DNA of 64,000 nucleotides from an uncultured Candidatus Rokubacteria bacterium. Lineage in GTDB: Bacteria; Methylomirabilota; Methylomirabilia; Rokubacteriales; DASRDR01. Numbering within the stretch: the stretch's first letter is position 1; the number at the start of each line of letters is the position of its first letter. Location of the stretch: positions 576,001 to 640,000 of the forward strand of contig CAWDVE010000017.1 in assembly GCA_963805625.1 (NCBI GenBank), written 5' to 3'. The translations under genes and the position numbers were made by a program. The notes beneath the pieces were generated by a model. It saw nothing but the letters and a program-made list of their open reading frames with translations. It had not been told where the DNA came from and searched no databases. Of the stretch, positions 48,802 through 58,325 are shown in pieces.

Positions 48802-49141
48802 GCCCGAACCGGCGTGTCAGCGCGCGGATGGCCTGCTCGAGCCTGAGCAACGCCAGCCCCACGGCCTCGGTCTCCTCGGGTGTCAACGTGCCCTCGTCGA
48901 CCCGCCGGAGGGCCTGGCGCTCGAGGAGCTGGCGTAGGAAGTCGACAAGCGTCAAGACCAGCTGCGCCATCGAGCGCTGCACGTCGTCGGGGTTGGCGTT
49001 CCAGCGCGCAGGCGCGGTGGCGCGGCGCCGCTGGCGCAGCTCCGACCGGAGCGCCCGAAGCTCCTTCGCGCGCACGGTCTTCACAGTCATCCGGCGCCGC
49101 TTCACGGCCACGCGTCGCCCCCGAATGCGTACGGTGGCCAC
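48749..49141 (-). CDS. gvpK: Gas vesicle protein GvpK
   Basis: LVLTLVDFLRQLLERQALRR, E.VG.AL, DLNLDLGPLG. Confidence 0.92.
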   Translation of the reverse strand: MATVRIRGRRVAVKRRRMTVKTVRAKELRALRSELRQRRRATAPARWNANPDDVQRSMAQLVLTLVDFLRQLLERQALRRVDEGTLTPEETEAVGLALLRLEQAIRALTRRFGLTPDDLNLDLGPLGRLT

Positions 49142-49794
49142 GGGCCGCTGACAGTGAGACGGAGCGGCGCGAGCTGGCTGGCGGCGCGGGTCACGCGCGT
49201 CCGGTATTGCGCTCTCCGGTCGCGCGACACCAGATGGTAGACGCTGGCGAGGAGCGGCGGGGTGGCATGGCGCTGGACCCGCTCGTCGGCGACGAGGTCA
49301 TCGAGTAGCGCGCGAATCGGATCTAGCTCGGGCACCGTCGCCGCGTGATGAAGGCGCTTGCGCTCGGCGAGGTAACGCGTGCCAGGACCGGGCCGGCCCC
49401 CCGCGGTCTTTCCGACTACGGGGGGGTAAGGCTGGGACGCTTCGCGGGGACCGAAGACGCGGAGGGTCATCTGCTCGTGCCCACGCACTTGGGCCAGCCT
49501 CCCCGCAAGCTCGAGGGCGCGCGGAGCCAGCAGGCGCGCGGCCGCATCCTCGTCGGACGCCACGGAACCGAAGCGCATCGGCAATATGGCGTCGACCGCG
49601 GCGGCGATGCGGCGGACGATGGCGTCGTGGCGCCGCAGAGTCGCGGGCGATGCCGCGGGTGGGGTGTCCATCCGGCCCATGACCACGTGGAAGCCTCGGC
49701 CCGGCAGGACCTCCAAACGCTCTCGGCGGAGCCCGCGGCCCGGGTCGCTCCGCAGCGAGTCGCCGACCAGGGCGTAGAGGTAGAGGACGGTCAC
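49102..49794 (-). CDS. GvpL/GvpF family protein
   Basis: YLYAL, H..IV, LPMRFG, SGPWPPYAF; GTG coupled to the upstream stop. Confidence 0.88.
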   Translation of the reverse strand: MTVLYLYALVGDSLRSDPGRGLRRERLEVLPGRGFHVVMGRMDTPPAASPATLRRHDAIVRRIAAAVDAILPMRFGSVASDEDAAARLLAPRALELAGRLAQVRGHEQMTLRVFGPREASQPYPPVVGKTAGGRPGPGTRYLAERKRLHHAATVPELDPIRALLDDLVADERVQRHATPPLLASVYHLVSRDRRAQYRTRVTRAASQLAPLRLTVSGPWPPYAFGGDAWP

Positions 49795-50036
49795 TTCCGG
49801 CCCTGCCGCGGCGTGACCCGATCGGCGGCGCACAGGAGCACCGATAGTCGCAGATAGACGAGGTTGACGTCGGCCAGGGCGAGCACGACGTCTCCCGACA
49901 CCACCACACCCTTGGTGAGGACGTGGTCCACGATGTCGAGGAGCGACGCGTCGGAATCCGGCGCCCGCGCGCGGGACCGCCGTGTCCGCCGCCGCCCGGT
50001 CAGAGACGCCCGGCGACGAAGCTGTACGGAGGCCAT
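49791..50036 (-). CDS. GvpA-family minor protein (GvpS/GvpM-like)
   Basis: SLLDIVDHVLTKGVVVSGDVVLALADVNLVYLRLSVLL. Confidence 0.85.
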   Translation of the reverse strand: MASVQLRRRASLTGRRRTRRSRARAPDSDASLLDIVDHVLTKGVVVSGDVVLALADVNLVYLRLSVLLCAADRVTPRQGRK

Positions 50037-50833
50037 GGGCCCGTTAGCCGGACGTGGAGCCCCTTGTCCGCCGCCTGTGCCGCCTGCGCCCGGACCGCCT
50101 GTCGGAACAGCGCGGCTCGCCCGGTTGGCACCAGGTAAGCTGCGTCGAGGAGCAAGGCCGGCCTGTCGTCCACCGCTATCGGGGGGCGCTGGCGGGCGGC
50201 GTCGGCGTGTCGGGCGAGCGCCCGGTGAAGCGAGGTCGCCGCCGCTCGCGCCCCGCCGGTGAGGCCGCGCGCCGTTTCGCGCTGGCGGCGACGAAGTTCA
50301 AGGAACCGAGTTCCGGGGCTCAGCCCGGCCGTCTCTCGCCGCGCCACCGCGCGCGCGCGTCGCGCCGAAGCCCCGCCTCCTGTCTCGAGCCGCGCCTGGA
50401 CCCCCCACTCCGTCCGGCCGGCCACGCTGGTCAAGCGCCGCGCGATGGCGACGCGGCGCCGGCGCACCTGGGCGAGCGCACGCCCGTCGCTCGAGAAGAG
50501 GGTCAGGAGCCGGAGAGGGAGGACAGCATGCCGCCGCGCACAGTGGGTGACGACTGCCGAATGGGCGACCGCGCATCTCGACACCGCGTCGAGGTCGCGG
50601 ACGACCCGCGCCAGCGCGGCCTCCCCGTATCGGGAAACCGGCGCGTCGGCGACGATCAGCCAGAGCGCCTGCCCGGCGGCCAGCGCCCGGAGCTTCCCCG
50701 TGCCCGGGAGCCCCCCAGCGCCTCGGAGATCCGGTGGCCGGGCGCTCCGCACGACGCAGTAGACGTACGTGGCCGCCTGTGCCGCCGCGGCGGGGCGGCC
50801 CGGCTTCGTCGAGGCCTTTCGCGCGCCTGTCAC
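50000..50833 (-). CDS. GvpL/GvpF family protein
   Basis: YVYCVV, AH..VV, VLPLRL.TLF, EWGV, LDAAYLV, TGPWPPYSF. Confidence 0.9.
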   Translation of the reverse strand: MTGARKASTKPGRPAAAAQAATYVYCVVRSARPPDLRGAGGLPGTGKLRALAAGQALWLIVADAPVSRYGEAALARVVRDLDAVSRCAVAHSAVVTHCARRHAVLPLRLLTLFSSDGRALAQVRRRRVAIARRLTSVAGRTEWGVQARLETGGGASARRARAVARRETAGLSPGTRFLELRRRQRETARGLTGGARAAATSLHRALARHADAARQRPPIAVDDRPALLLDAAYLVPTGRAALFRQAVRAQAAQAADKGLHVRLTGPWPPYSFVAGRL

Positions 50834-52839
50834 GACGCCGCCCGGGTCCAGGTCCGCGCCCAGCCGCGGAGGGCCTTCACACCCCTGGGTGGGGGGGCCA
50901 CGGCCGGCGCCAGCAGCACGGGCAAAGCCAGCCCGGGTCGAGCAACCGCGCGCAGCCCGCGCACCTCCGCAGACTCCGTGCGCGTGGCTGCCGCCCTGGT
51001 GACGCCGGCCGGGGTGAGCGCGTTCACGATCAGGGCGGACACAGTGAGACCCAGCGCGTCGAGCCGACGCAGGAGACGGATCGTCTCGAGGCGGGGCAAG
51101 GCGGCCGCTCGGGTGACCACGACCACGCGCGCCTGACGAGGGTCGGCGAGGAGGACCTGGAGCTGCCGGAGGCCGCGCGAGAGCTCGACCAGGTCCGAGG
51201 CCAGGGCGCCAAGACCGAGGATCTGCCGGTACTTGAGAAGCGTGGTCAGGAGCGCGCGCACCCACTCGAGGGCCAGCCCGGGCAGTGCCAGGAGCCGGAG
51301 CGTGTGGCCTGTGGGCGCGGTGTCGACGACGACGAGGTCGTGGCGCGGCAGGGCGGCGCCTGGCGGGAACAGGGTCTCCGTCACGGTCAGCAGCGCGCAC
51401 AGCTCGTCCAGGCCGCCCGGAGCGAGGTCGAGCAGGTCGCGGGCGACGGCCCGGTCGAAGGCGACGTCGAACCGCGAGCCCCCCCGGATCGTGTCGAACA
51501 GCTCGTCCACCGCCGCCCGGTAGCGCTCGCGCCGCGCGGCGAACGCGCGGCTGGCGTCAAGCTCGCGAACGCCGAGGGCGGCCGGGCCGGCGGGCACGCG
51601 GCGCTCCTCGTCGCCGACTTGTGTCGAGAGGACGTCGCCGAGGGAGTGGGCGGGATCCGTGGACAGGAGCAGGATGCGGCGGGTCGGTGCCGCGTCGCCG
51701 AGCGTCAGCGCCATCGCGGCGGCGCACGTCGTCTTGCCGACCCCGCCCTTGCCGGTGATCAGAAGGAGTCGGATGCCGGCCGGCGCGACCAGCCGCGGCC
51801 AGGTGACGGTGATCTCGCGGGACCGGGCCGCCCCGTGGCCTCGAGCCGCGCGCCGCGCCGGCACTCTGGTCAGGAGCTCGCGACCGCGGGAGCGTCTCGC
51901 AAGACTCCTGACCAAAGATCGGAGCGCCACCGGCCCGCGGGGCTCCTCGATCTGCTCGGGGACGAGGCGCACCGGGTGATCGGGGAACGCCGCGTGAACC
52001 GCTGCGATGGCCTCGCGCTCGGCGACGACTCGCCGACGCTCGAACGCGCTGGGGCCCTCCCGAGTCGCAGTCACTCGGTTGACGAGGATCTCGTCAATCG
52101 GGATGCCGCTGGCCTCCAGGTCACGGACGGCGTCCCGCGCCTCCTCGACGGCCAGTGTCTCGGGCAGGACGATCCACCGGAACCGGCAGCGGTCGCGATC
52201 GCGGAGGAGACTGGCTAGCCGGCCGGCCTCGGCGTCGATCTCGGCCACGAGGCGATCCGCCGCGTCGTTCCGGTCTCGGCCCGAGAGCCGCGTGAGCAGG
52301 AAGTGGTGCTTGGCCAGCATCTCGCCGAGCACGGCCGCGATCCTTTGCAGCGCCTCCGGAACGGCCAGGAGCCTGAGCGTGTGCCCGGTGGGCGCGGTGT
52401 CGACGACAACGGTGTCGTACCGGCCGGCCGTCGCCACCCGCGTCAGTTCGAGGAGCCCGCCCAGCTCGTCCACCCCAGGGAAGCTCAGGCCAAGGAAACG
52501 GTCGACGTCCGCGTCGTCGAGATAGGTACCTCGCTCGGCGATGAGGTGCAGCGACTCCCGGCGGGCCCGGAGCCAGCGGGCGAGGGCCCGGTCGGCATCG
52601 AGCTCCAGGGCGTCGAGCGCCGCCCCGCCGACCGGGATGCGCGTCACGCGCGCCCCCACCCGCTGGCCGAGCGCGTCACCCAGCGAGTGCGCCGGGTCGG
52701 TGGATACCACGAGAGTTCGCTGGCGAGCGCCGGCCGCCGTGAGCGCGAGCGCTGCCGCCATGGTGGTCTTGCCCACGCCGCCCTTGCCACCGATGAACTC
52801 GTAGGATGGTGCCCGCCGCCGGGAGGCCGGCCGTCTCAC
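50830..52839 (-). CDS. Tandem-domain ArsA/Get3-family ATPase
   Basis: Two copies each of GKGGVGKTT, STDPAHSLGD and DTAPTGHTLRLL; GTG 52839 overlaps the gvpG stop. Confidence 0.92.
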   Translation of the reverse strand: MRRPASRRRAPSYEFIGGKGGVGKTTMAAALALTAAGARQRTLVVSTDPAHSLGDALGQRVGARVTRIPVGGAALDALELDADRALARWLRARRESLHLIAERGTYLDDADVDRFLGLSFPGVDELGGLLELTRVATAGRYDTVVVDTAPTGHTLRLLAVPEALQRIAAVLGEMLAKHHFLLTRLSGRDRNDAADRLVAEIDAEAGRLASLLRDRDRCRFRWIVLPETLAVEEARDAVRDLEASGIPIDEILVNRVTATREGPSAFERRRVVAEREAIAAVHAAFPDHPVRLVPEQIEEPRGPVALRSLVRSLARRSRGRELLTRVPARRAARGHGAARSREITVTWPRLVAPAGIRLLLITGKGGVGKTTCAAAMALTLGDAAPTRRILLLSTDPAHSLGDVLSTQVGDEERRVPAGPAALGVRELDASRAFAARRERYRAAVDELFDTIRGGSRFDVAFDRAVARDLLDLAPGGLDELCALLTVTETLFPPGAALPRHDLVVVDTAPTGHTLRLLALPGLALEWVRALLTTLLKYRQILGLGALASDLVELSRGLRQLQVLLADPRQARVVVVTRAAALPRLETIRLLRRLDALGLTVSALIVNALTPAGVTRAAATRTESAEVRGLRAVARPGLALPVLLAPAVAPPPRGVKALRGWARTWTRAAS

Positions 52840-53162
52840 CGGCGGGAGACGTCCCGGTCGCGATCCTCGTCGAAGGTGTCGTCGCCCACGACGCTCGCCT
52901 CCACCCCCGTGACCCGGAAGGTACCGGGCGGCTCCGCGCGGCCCTGCTGGCGCTCTCGGATTTCCCGGATCCGGGCAAGCAGCTCGCGCTCGATCTTGAC
53001 GAACTGGCGCTCGGAGATCTCGCCGAGCTCGAGGCGCATCTGCGCTGCCAGGAGCTCCTCGCGCCACGCGGTGTCGTCGGCCATCTCGGCCTCCACTGCG
53101 GCGGCGATCTTCCCCAGGACGAACTTGAGACTCCCGACGAGGAGCGTGTCGAGAATGATCAC
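52836..53162 (-). CDS. gvpG: Gas vesicle protein GvpG
   Basis: E....D....REELL..QM.LELGEISE..F...E..LL.R. Confidence 0.85.
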   Translation of the reverse strand: MIILDTLLVGSLKFVLGKIAAAVEAEMADDTAWREELLAAQMRLELGEISERQFVKIERELLARIREIRERQQGRAEPPGTFRVTGVEASVVGDDTFDEDRDRDVSRR

Positions 53163-54151
53163 TCGGACTCTCTCGCGCGCTCCAGCTTCAGACGGATGTT
53201 GACGAAGTTATACGGGGGCCAGGGTCCGGTGTAGCGGAAGTTGAGCTTGTCGTAGAGGGCTCCGACCTCCTTGACCTTCGCGTCGAAGGCCGTTTCCTTG
53301 TCGCGGGACACGAGGAAGGCCGCGTTCATGATCATCTTCTCGCCGATGGGCTTGTTGGCGCGGGCGGCCACCGAGACGTCCCGCAGCTGGTTGAAGATAT
53401 CGGCCACGTACTGCTCGCTTCGCGTCTGGAGGGCCGCCTCGATCTGCCGGCCGTACTGCATGCGTGCGAAGTAGGTCGACCCCGGGACAGCGGCGATCTC
53501 GTTCTTGAGCCGGCGGATGTCCTCGTCGTCGTTCTCGATCTCGCGGATCATGACGTCGCGATCCCACAGCACCTTGAGGCCGAACTCCACCTTCTCCTGC
53601 ATCTTGTCCAGTACGTCCCGGAAGGCCTCGTACGCGCCCCGCAGAAGCTCCACGATGTCGTCGCGTGTCTTGAAGACGGTCCCGAAGGACATCGGGATCA
53701 CCGTGAAGGTCTTCATCACCGTCTCGTTGACCCGCTCGTGGGCGAGGACGTTCTCTCGCGTCGCGTCCAGCACCTCTTCCGGGGTGTCGGAGATGACGGC
53801 GGCGATCTCGCGGAAGCTGACCGTCTGGACCTCGGTCGGCTCGCTGCCGAGGCCGATCGCCCCGAAGCGACGCGGCTCGGCACTCCGGATGATGCAGTAG
53901 ACGTACTTGGCTCGGGCCCCCCCGGGCCGCGCCGCCGGGAGGGAGTCGGCCGGGCCGGACGACTGCCGGGCAGGCGGCAGTGCGCCGCGAGTGCCGAGGC
54001 CCGGTGACGCGGCGATTGGCGGCGATCCACGTTTCCGGGGGAGGGGGAATTTGCCCGGCGCGACGCGCTTCACCGCTCCAGAGCGCCCCGAGGGTGTTGG
54101 GCCCGATGTCGCGGCGCGACGGGCCCTCGGCTTCGAGGGCTTCTTCTTCAC
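53159..54151 (-). CDS. gvpF: Gas vesicle protein GvpF with Lys/Arg/Pro-rich N-terminal extension
   Basis: YVYCII, LAHERV.E.VM, VIPMSFGTVF, EFGLKV.W, N.AFLV, TGPWPPYNFV; GGAGGTG RBS. Confidence 0.9.
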   Translation of the reverse strand: MKKKPSKPRARRAATSGPTPSGRSGAVKRVAPGKFPLPRKRGSPPIAASPGLGTRGALPPARQSSGPADSLPAARPGGARAKYVYCIIRSAEPRRFGAIGLGSEPTEVQTVSFREIAAVISDTPEEVLDATRENVLAHERVNETVMKTFTVIPMSFGTVFKTRDDIVELLRGAYEAFRDVLDKMQEKVEFGLKVLWDRDVMIREIENDDEDIRRLKNEIAAVPGSTYFARMQYGRQIEAALQTRSEQYVADIFNQLRDVSVAARANKPIGEKMIMNAAFLVSRDKETAFDAKVKEVGALYDKLNFRYTGPWPPYNFVNIRLKLERARESE

Positions 54152-54155
54152 CGAA

Positions 54156-54608
54156 TCACCTCCCGCTCTTCGGCCGAGCCTTCGGCGCATCGAGGATACG
54201 TCGAATGGCATCCATGAGTTGGTCGGGCAGGCAGGGCTTCGTGATGACGAGATCGCAGCCGGCCTCGCGGGCGGCCTGCGCGTGCTCGGGCAGGGCATGT
54301 CCGGTCAGGACGACGATCGGAATCTTCTTGGTTCGGGGGTCGCGTCTCAGGCGCCGCGTGGCCTCCCAGCCGTCCATCACCGGCAGCGACAGGTCCATGA
54401 CGATGACGTCGGGCAGGAGGGTCGTCGCTTTCTCCAGGGCTTCGGCCCCGTTCTCGGCCTCCGCGATCCGGTAGCCCGAGAACTTCAGGAACAGCACGTA
54501 GATGGTGCGGTTGTCCTGGACGTCGTCCACGATCAGGACGAGCGGTCCAGCGTCGCTGCCGACCGGCTCACCCGCGTGCCCGGCGATCTGCGCCCTCTTG
54601 CTCGTCAT
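54156..54608 (-). CDS. Single-domain response regulator (DivK-like)
   Basis: VLIVDD, MDLSLPVMDGWEA, LTGHA, TKP. Confidence 0.93.
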   Translation of the reverse strand: MTSKRAQIAGHAGEPVGSDAGPLVLIVDDVQDNRTIYVLFLKFSGYRIAEAENGAEALEKATTLLPDVIVMDLSLPVMDGWEATRRLRRDPRTKKIPIVVLTGHALPEHAQAAREAGCDLVITKPCLPDQLMDAIRRILDAPKARPKSGR

Positions 54609-56749
54609 TGGCGTCGCGGCCCCTGCGGAATGATCAGGGTGAACGTCGAGCCTTGGCGAAGCTTGCTCTCGAGCGTGATCCGCCCTCCGATGACGGTCGC
54701 GAGCCGGCGGCAGATCGCGAGCCCAAGGCCGGTACCTCCGCCTTCCCGCGTTGGAACGGGTTCGGCCTGGGAGAAGGCCTCGAAGATCCGCGTCTGATTC
54801 GCCTCCGCGATGCCGATGCCGGTGTCGGTGACGGCGATCGCGATCTCCCGGCTCGAGCGTCGCCGCGTGCAGGACACCGTCACCGAGCCTCGAGGGGTGA
54901 ACTTGAGCGCGTTCGTGAGGAGATTCAACAGGATCTGCTTCACCTTCTGCCGGTCGCTCCGGATGACGGGCAGCCCGGCCGGGACGCTAGCGGTCACCGC
55001 GAGATTCGATATCGCGATGAGCGGCTCGACTTCGCTCATGATCTCACGGATCAGCTCGCTCAGTTTGATGGAAGAAAGGTGGACTGGCATCTTGCCCGCT
55101 TCGATGCGCGAAATGTCCAGGATCTCGTTGATGAGCGTCAGGAGGTGCCGGGCGTTCGCGTCGACGCGGGCCAGGGACTCCCGCTGCGTCGGATCGATCG
55201 GGCCGGAGACGCCTCGGAGCAGCAGGCTCGTGTAGCCGAGAATGGCATTGAGCGGTGTGCGGACGTCGTGGGACACGTTGGCGAGGAACTGCGACTTGGC
55301 GACCGATGCCTGCTCCAGCTCGATTGCCTGGCGACGCAGGCGCTCATTTTGGTGAACGAGCGCCGATGTCGCTTCCTGAACGCGCCGCTCGAGCTGAGCG
55401 GAGGCCGCCTTGAGCTGCTCGTAGAGCTGCTCGCGCTCGATGGCCTCCGTCCGGTCGTGGAGGATCGTGACAATGGCCGAGACTTCCGCGGGCTCCCCGT
55501 ACACGTTGCCGGATACCGCTTCAACGGGAATTGGCTGACCGGTCTTGGGATCGACGAGATTGACGCCACCCTGGTACTTGGATCCTCCGGTCTTGCCGAA
55601 GAGGAGGTTTGACACGAAGGAGGTGAAGTTGGCGTCGTTGGCCTGGACGCGCTGTCTCTCGGCCAGGCTCGCCTGCTCGGGGGCGACGAACAGGCGTTCG
55701 GCGGGCGTGTTCATCATGACGAGATTTCCCGAGGGGTCGGTGACCAGGATAGGGTCCGCGACGGAATCGATGACGAGGTCGAGGCGATCCCGCTCAGCCC
55801 GGACTTCCGCCTCCGCGGCGCGAAGCTTCTGGTAGTTGTCCTGGATCTCCTCCGTCGCGCGCCGAAGGTCGGACACATTCCGCAGGATGGACACGATGCC
55901 CATGCCCATGCGCGCATCACCGGCCGTCGTGCTGATGAGCTCGAAGAGGAGGTCGGATCCCTCGGTGGGGTCCACCAGCGCGAGCTCACGAGGCGCCGAC
56001 GTCAGCTGCTCCACGGCGCTCCGTCCGAGCGCCGAGGAGAAGAGCATGTTGTTGATGGCGACCGCCCGGCGGCGACCCTCGCTCTCGTCTTCCCGCGTCG
56101 CGAAGAGGCGCTCGGCCCGACCGTTCGCGATGACCAGTCGGCCCTCGGTATCCGTGAGCATGATCGGATCCGTCACCCGGTCGAGGATGCTCTGGAGGAG
56201 GTCGCGATCCCGGCGAAGGCGCCGCTCCGTCTCGAAGCTAGTGGATCGCAGCCGCGCGCGCACGAGCCGGTAGCCGAGGTACTCGGATACCCACTCGAGC
56301 TCGGTTTGGCTCGCCGTTACCGGCCGCACCAGGAGCAGCCCGCCCGGAGCCTTATCATGAGTCTCGACGCTGTGGAGCGGCAAGGCCAGGAAGGGCGCCT
56401 GCCGCGAGAACAGGGAGCCCGCCATCTCTCCGGCCAGTACGGCGGGTTGCGACGCGAGGAGCGCCTGGATCAGGGGGTGATCTTGCGCCTCGAGGTCGAC
56501 TCCGAAGCCGTTGACGGCACCCCGCATGGCGCCGTAGCCGGTCAGGTGGATGAGGCGTGTCCGCTCGGCGTCGAGGACGAGGCAGTGCCCTTCGCGCACG
56601 CCCGCGTGTTGGCCGAGCCACTCGAGACATCGCCCAGCCATCTCGGCGGGGTCCTCGCACGCGAGCAGGAATTCGAGAAGGGCGAGCCGTTCTTCGGAGC
56701 TCGGCTCGGCCCGTCGCGCCGCTCGCACCGACGCAGCGCCGCGGGTCAC
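54605..56749 (-). CDS. Cytoplasmic GAF-like/PAS-PAS sensor histidine kinase
   Basis: Two DPI..TD..G.....N..AERLF PAS starts; H box SHDVRTPLNAI; NLLTNALKFT, DTGIGI, GTGLGL; no TM segments. Confidence 0.93.
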   Translation of the reverse strand: MTRGAASVRAARRAEPSSEERLALLEFLLACEDPAEMAGRCLEWLGQHAGVREGHCLVLDAERTRLIHLTGYGAMRGAVNGFGVDLEAQDHPLIQALLASQPAVLAGEMAGSLFSRQAPFLALPLHSVETHDKAPGGLLLVRPVTASQTELEWVSEYLGYRLVRARLRSTSFETERRLRRDRDLLQSILDRVTDPIMLTDTEGRLVIANGRAERLFATREDESEGRRRAVAINNMLFSSALGRSAVEQLTSAPRELALVDPTEGSDLLFELISTTAGDARMGMGIVSILRNVSDLRRATEEIQDNYQKLRAAEAEVRAERDRLDLVIDSVADPILVTDPSGNLVMMNTPAERLFVAPEQASLAERQRVQANDANFTSFVSNLLFGKTGGSKYQGGVNLVDPKTGQPIPVEAVSGNVYGEPAEVSAIVTILHDRTEAIEREQLYEQLKAASAQLERRVQEATSALVHQNERLRRQAIELEQASVAKSQFLANVSHDVRTPLNAILGYTSLLLRGVSGPIDPTQRESLARVDANARHLLTLINEILDISRIEAGKMPVHLSSIKLSELIREIMSEVEPLIAISNLAVTASVPAGLPVIRSDRQKVKQILLNLLTNALKFTPRGSVTVSCTRRRSSREIAIAVTDTGIGIAEANQTRIFEAFSQAEPVPTREGGGTGLGLAICRRLATVIGGRITLESKLRQGSTFTLIIPQGPRRQ

Positions 56750-56752
56750 GAC

Positions 56753-57103
56753 TTAGGCCGGCTGAGGTGTCCGCCGCCGCGCGCGGACACGCCGCGTGGG
56801 GCGGCGCCGTGTGGCGGCGGAGGGGGTGGCGGCGAGCTGCGCCCGGAGCGCGGCGTTCTCGGCGAGGACGGCCTCCTGGGACGCGACTGCGGCCGGCCGT
56901 GACACCGGCGCTACCTGCGCAATCGACTCCGAGTACTTGAGGTAGGTATCGATCGAGGCGACAACGACCCGCGCCTCGACGGTGATCAGGTCGATTCCGA
57001 CGAGGGACACGCGCACCCAGGCGTCGATAACGATGCCCTTGTCCAGAACCCGGTCGAGGACGTCGATGAGGCTGGTTCCGCCCGTAGTGCGCTCAATTGG
57101 CAT
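56753..57103 (-). CDS. gvpA: Major gas vesicle structural protein GvpA with C-terminal extension
   Basis: [47 protein letters not shown]; GGAGG RBS. Confidence 0.95.
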   Translation of the reverse strand: MPIERTTGGTSLIDVLDRVLDKGIVIDAWVRVSLVGIDLITVEARVVVASIDTYLKYSESIAQVAPVSRPAAVASQEAVLAENAALRAQLAATPSAATRRRPTRRVRARRRTPQPA

Positions 57104-57107
57104 CGGT

Positions 57108-57488
57108 TCATCCTCCCGTGGGGGCCGTGGGGGCCGTGGGGGCCGTTCGCCTACGCGGAGCTCGGCGCTTGGCGGGCGCCCGCCGCGCGGTGAGCGCAGC
57201 GATCCGGCGTTCGAGGTGCCTCACCTGGCGACGCAGGGTCTCCGTCTCCACTGACGGGGTGCGGCCCCCCGGAGCCAGGTTCCTGTCGTATTTCCACCAG
57301 TCCAGCCCGATCTCCTGAGCCTTGTCGATCGAGCACACGATCAGCCGGATGCGAATGGTGAGGAGCTCGACCTCGGCCAGCGAGATCCGGATGTCCCCCG
57401 CGATCAGAAGGCCCTTGTCGAGGACCCTGTCGAGAAGGTCGACGAGGCCGGTGCCCCGCTGCCCTCCCATCGCCAGATCGTTCCGCAC
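57108..57488 (-). CDS. gvpJ: Gas vesicle protein GvpJ
   Basis: [48 protein letters not shown]. Confidence 0.9.
   Translation of the reverse strand: MRNDLAMGGQRGTGLVDLLDRVLDKGLLIAGDIRISLAEVELLTIRIRLIVCSIDKAQEIGLDWWKYDRNLAPGGRTPSVETETLRRQVRHLERRIAALTARRAPAKRRAPRRRTAPTAPTAPTGG
57117..57145. repeat. 9-bp tandem repeat (CGTGGGGGC)x3 encoding [10 protein letters not shown] in the GvpJ tail
   Basis: Seen directly in the sequence. Confidence 0.6.
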
Positions 57489-57899
57489 GTCCGGCTCCGC
57501 CCCCCTTCACAACTCCGACCAGATTCACGGCGAGGACGACGCAGTGCGACTCACGCCGCACCGGGCTCGGCTTCCGGCTTGGCAGCGCCTGCGATCGTAA
57601 GAGCCGACGCGGCCCGTGGGCGGGATACCGCCCCGTCAGCGACCCGATGCGGTGCAAGAATAGACGACCCACCACCCCACCGCAAGGTAGGCTGAAGCAA
57701 GCAAGGTCGCCCACGCAGGCGTCGGCACCGGTCGGTAAGGCCCGGGGAGCGAAGCGCAGCGTGAGGCAGGCGTGAGAAAGGCCATACGCAACTCGACGCC
57801 GGGCACCGGGATATCGGATTCGGGCGCGCTGAGAGACGTGCTCACCGGCGACGGCGACCTCCAAGCTAGATGGGGTGCTAGGTTCGGCCGGCTCCTAGG

Positions 57900-57915
57900 T
57901 GCAAGGCACATGCCT
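57900..57915 (-). promoter_or_regulatory. Sigma-54 promoter upstream of the gvp operon
   Basis: Minus strand AGGCAT-GTGCC-TTGCA, ~400 nt before gvpJ. Confidence 0.6.
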
Positions 57916-58325
57916 CGGGAGTGAGGCGAAGCTAGCTCCTAGGCCCACGTCCTCGCCGGTCAACGCCGAGGAACGACGTCCTCTCTCAACCCGAGAGAAG
58001 ATGACAGCTCAATCGGGAGGTGACGCGATGTTGAGGGGCAATACTGCCCGAATTCCCCACTTGTGTGTGACTCGATTCCGCAGGAGCGGGATCGGCAGTG
58101 GCGAATGAGACCGACCAGCGGGAGCCGTCAGCTCGCTTCAAGGAGTCCGCTTGCGAGACGGGTTAGGCGATCCAGGGCCGACAATATGTCGCATGGGCGA
58201 CAGGCAGACGCAAGGGTGGTCGGCAAGGAAAAGCCCGGGGCGACCCTGAGGTGGGGAGGGTCCGCCTCTCATCGGGGACCCGCCGCGGTTGCGGTAGCCT
58301 CGCGGGTTCTACCGCGATTTGATGT

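Noticed and set aside
50830-52839. Arsenic-resistance ArsA
   Set aside because: No ars genes in the window, few cysteines, and it is translationally coupled within the gvp operon.
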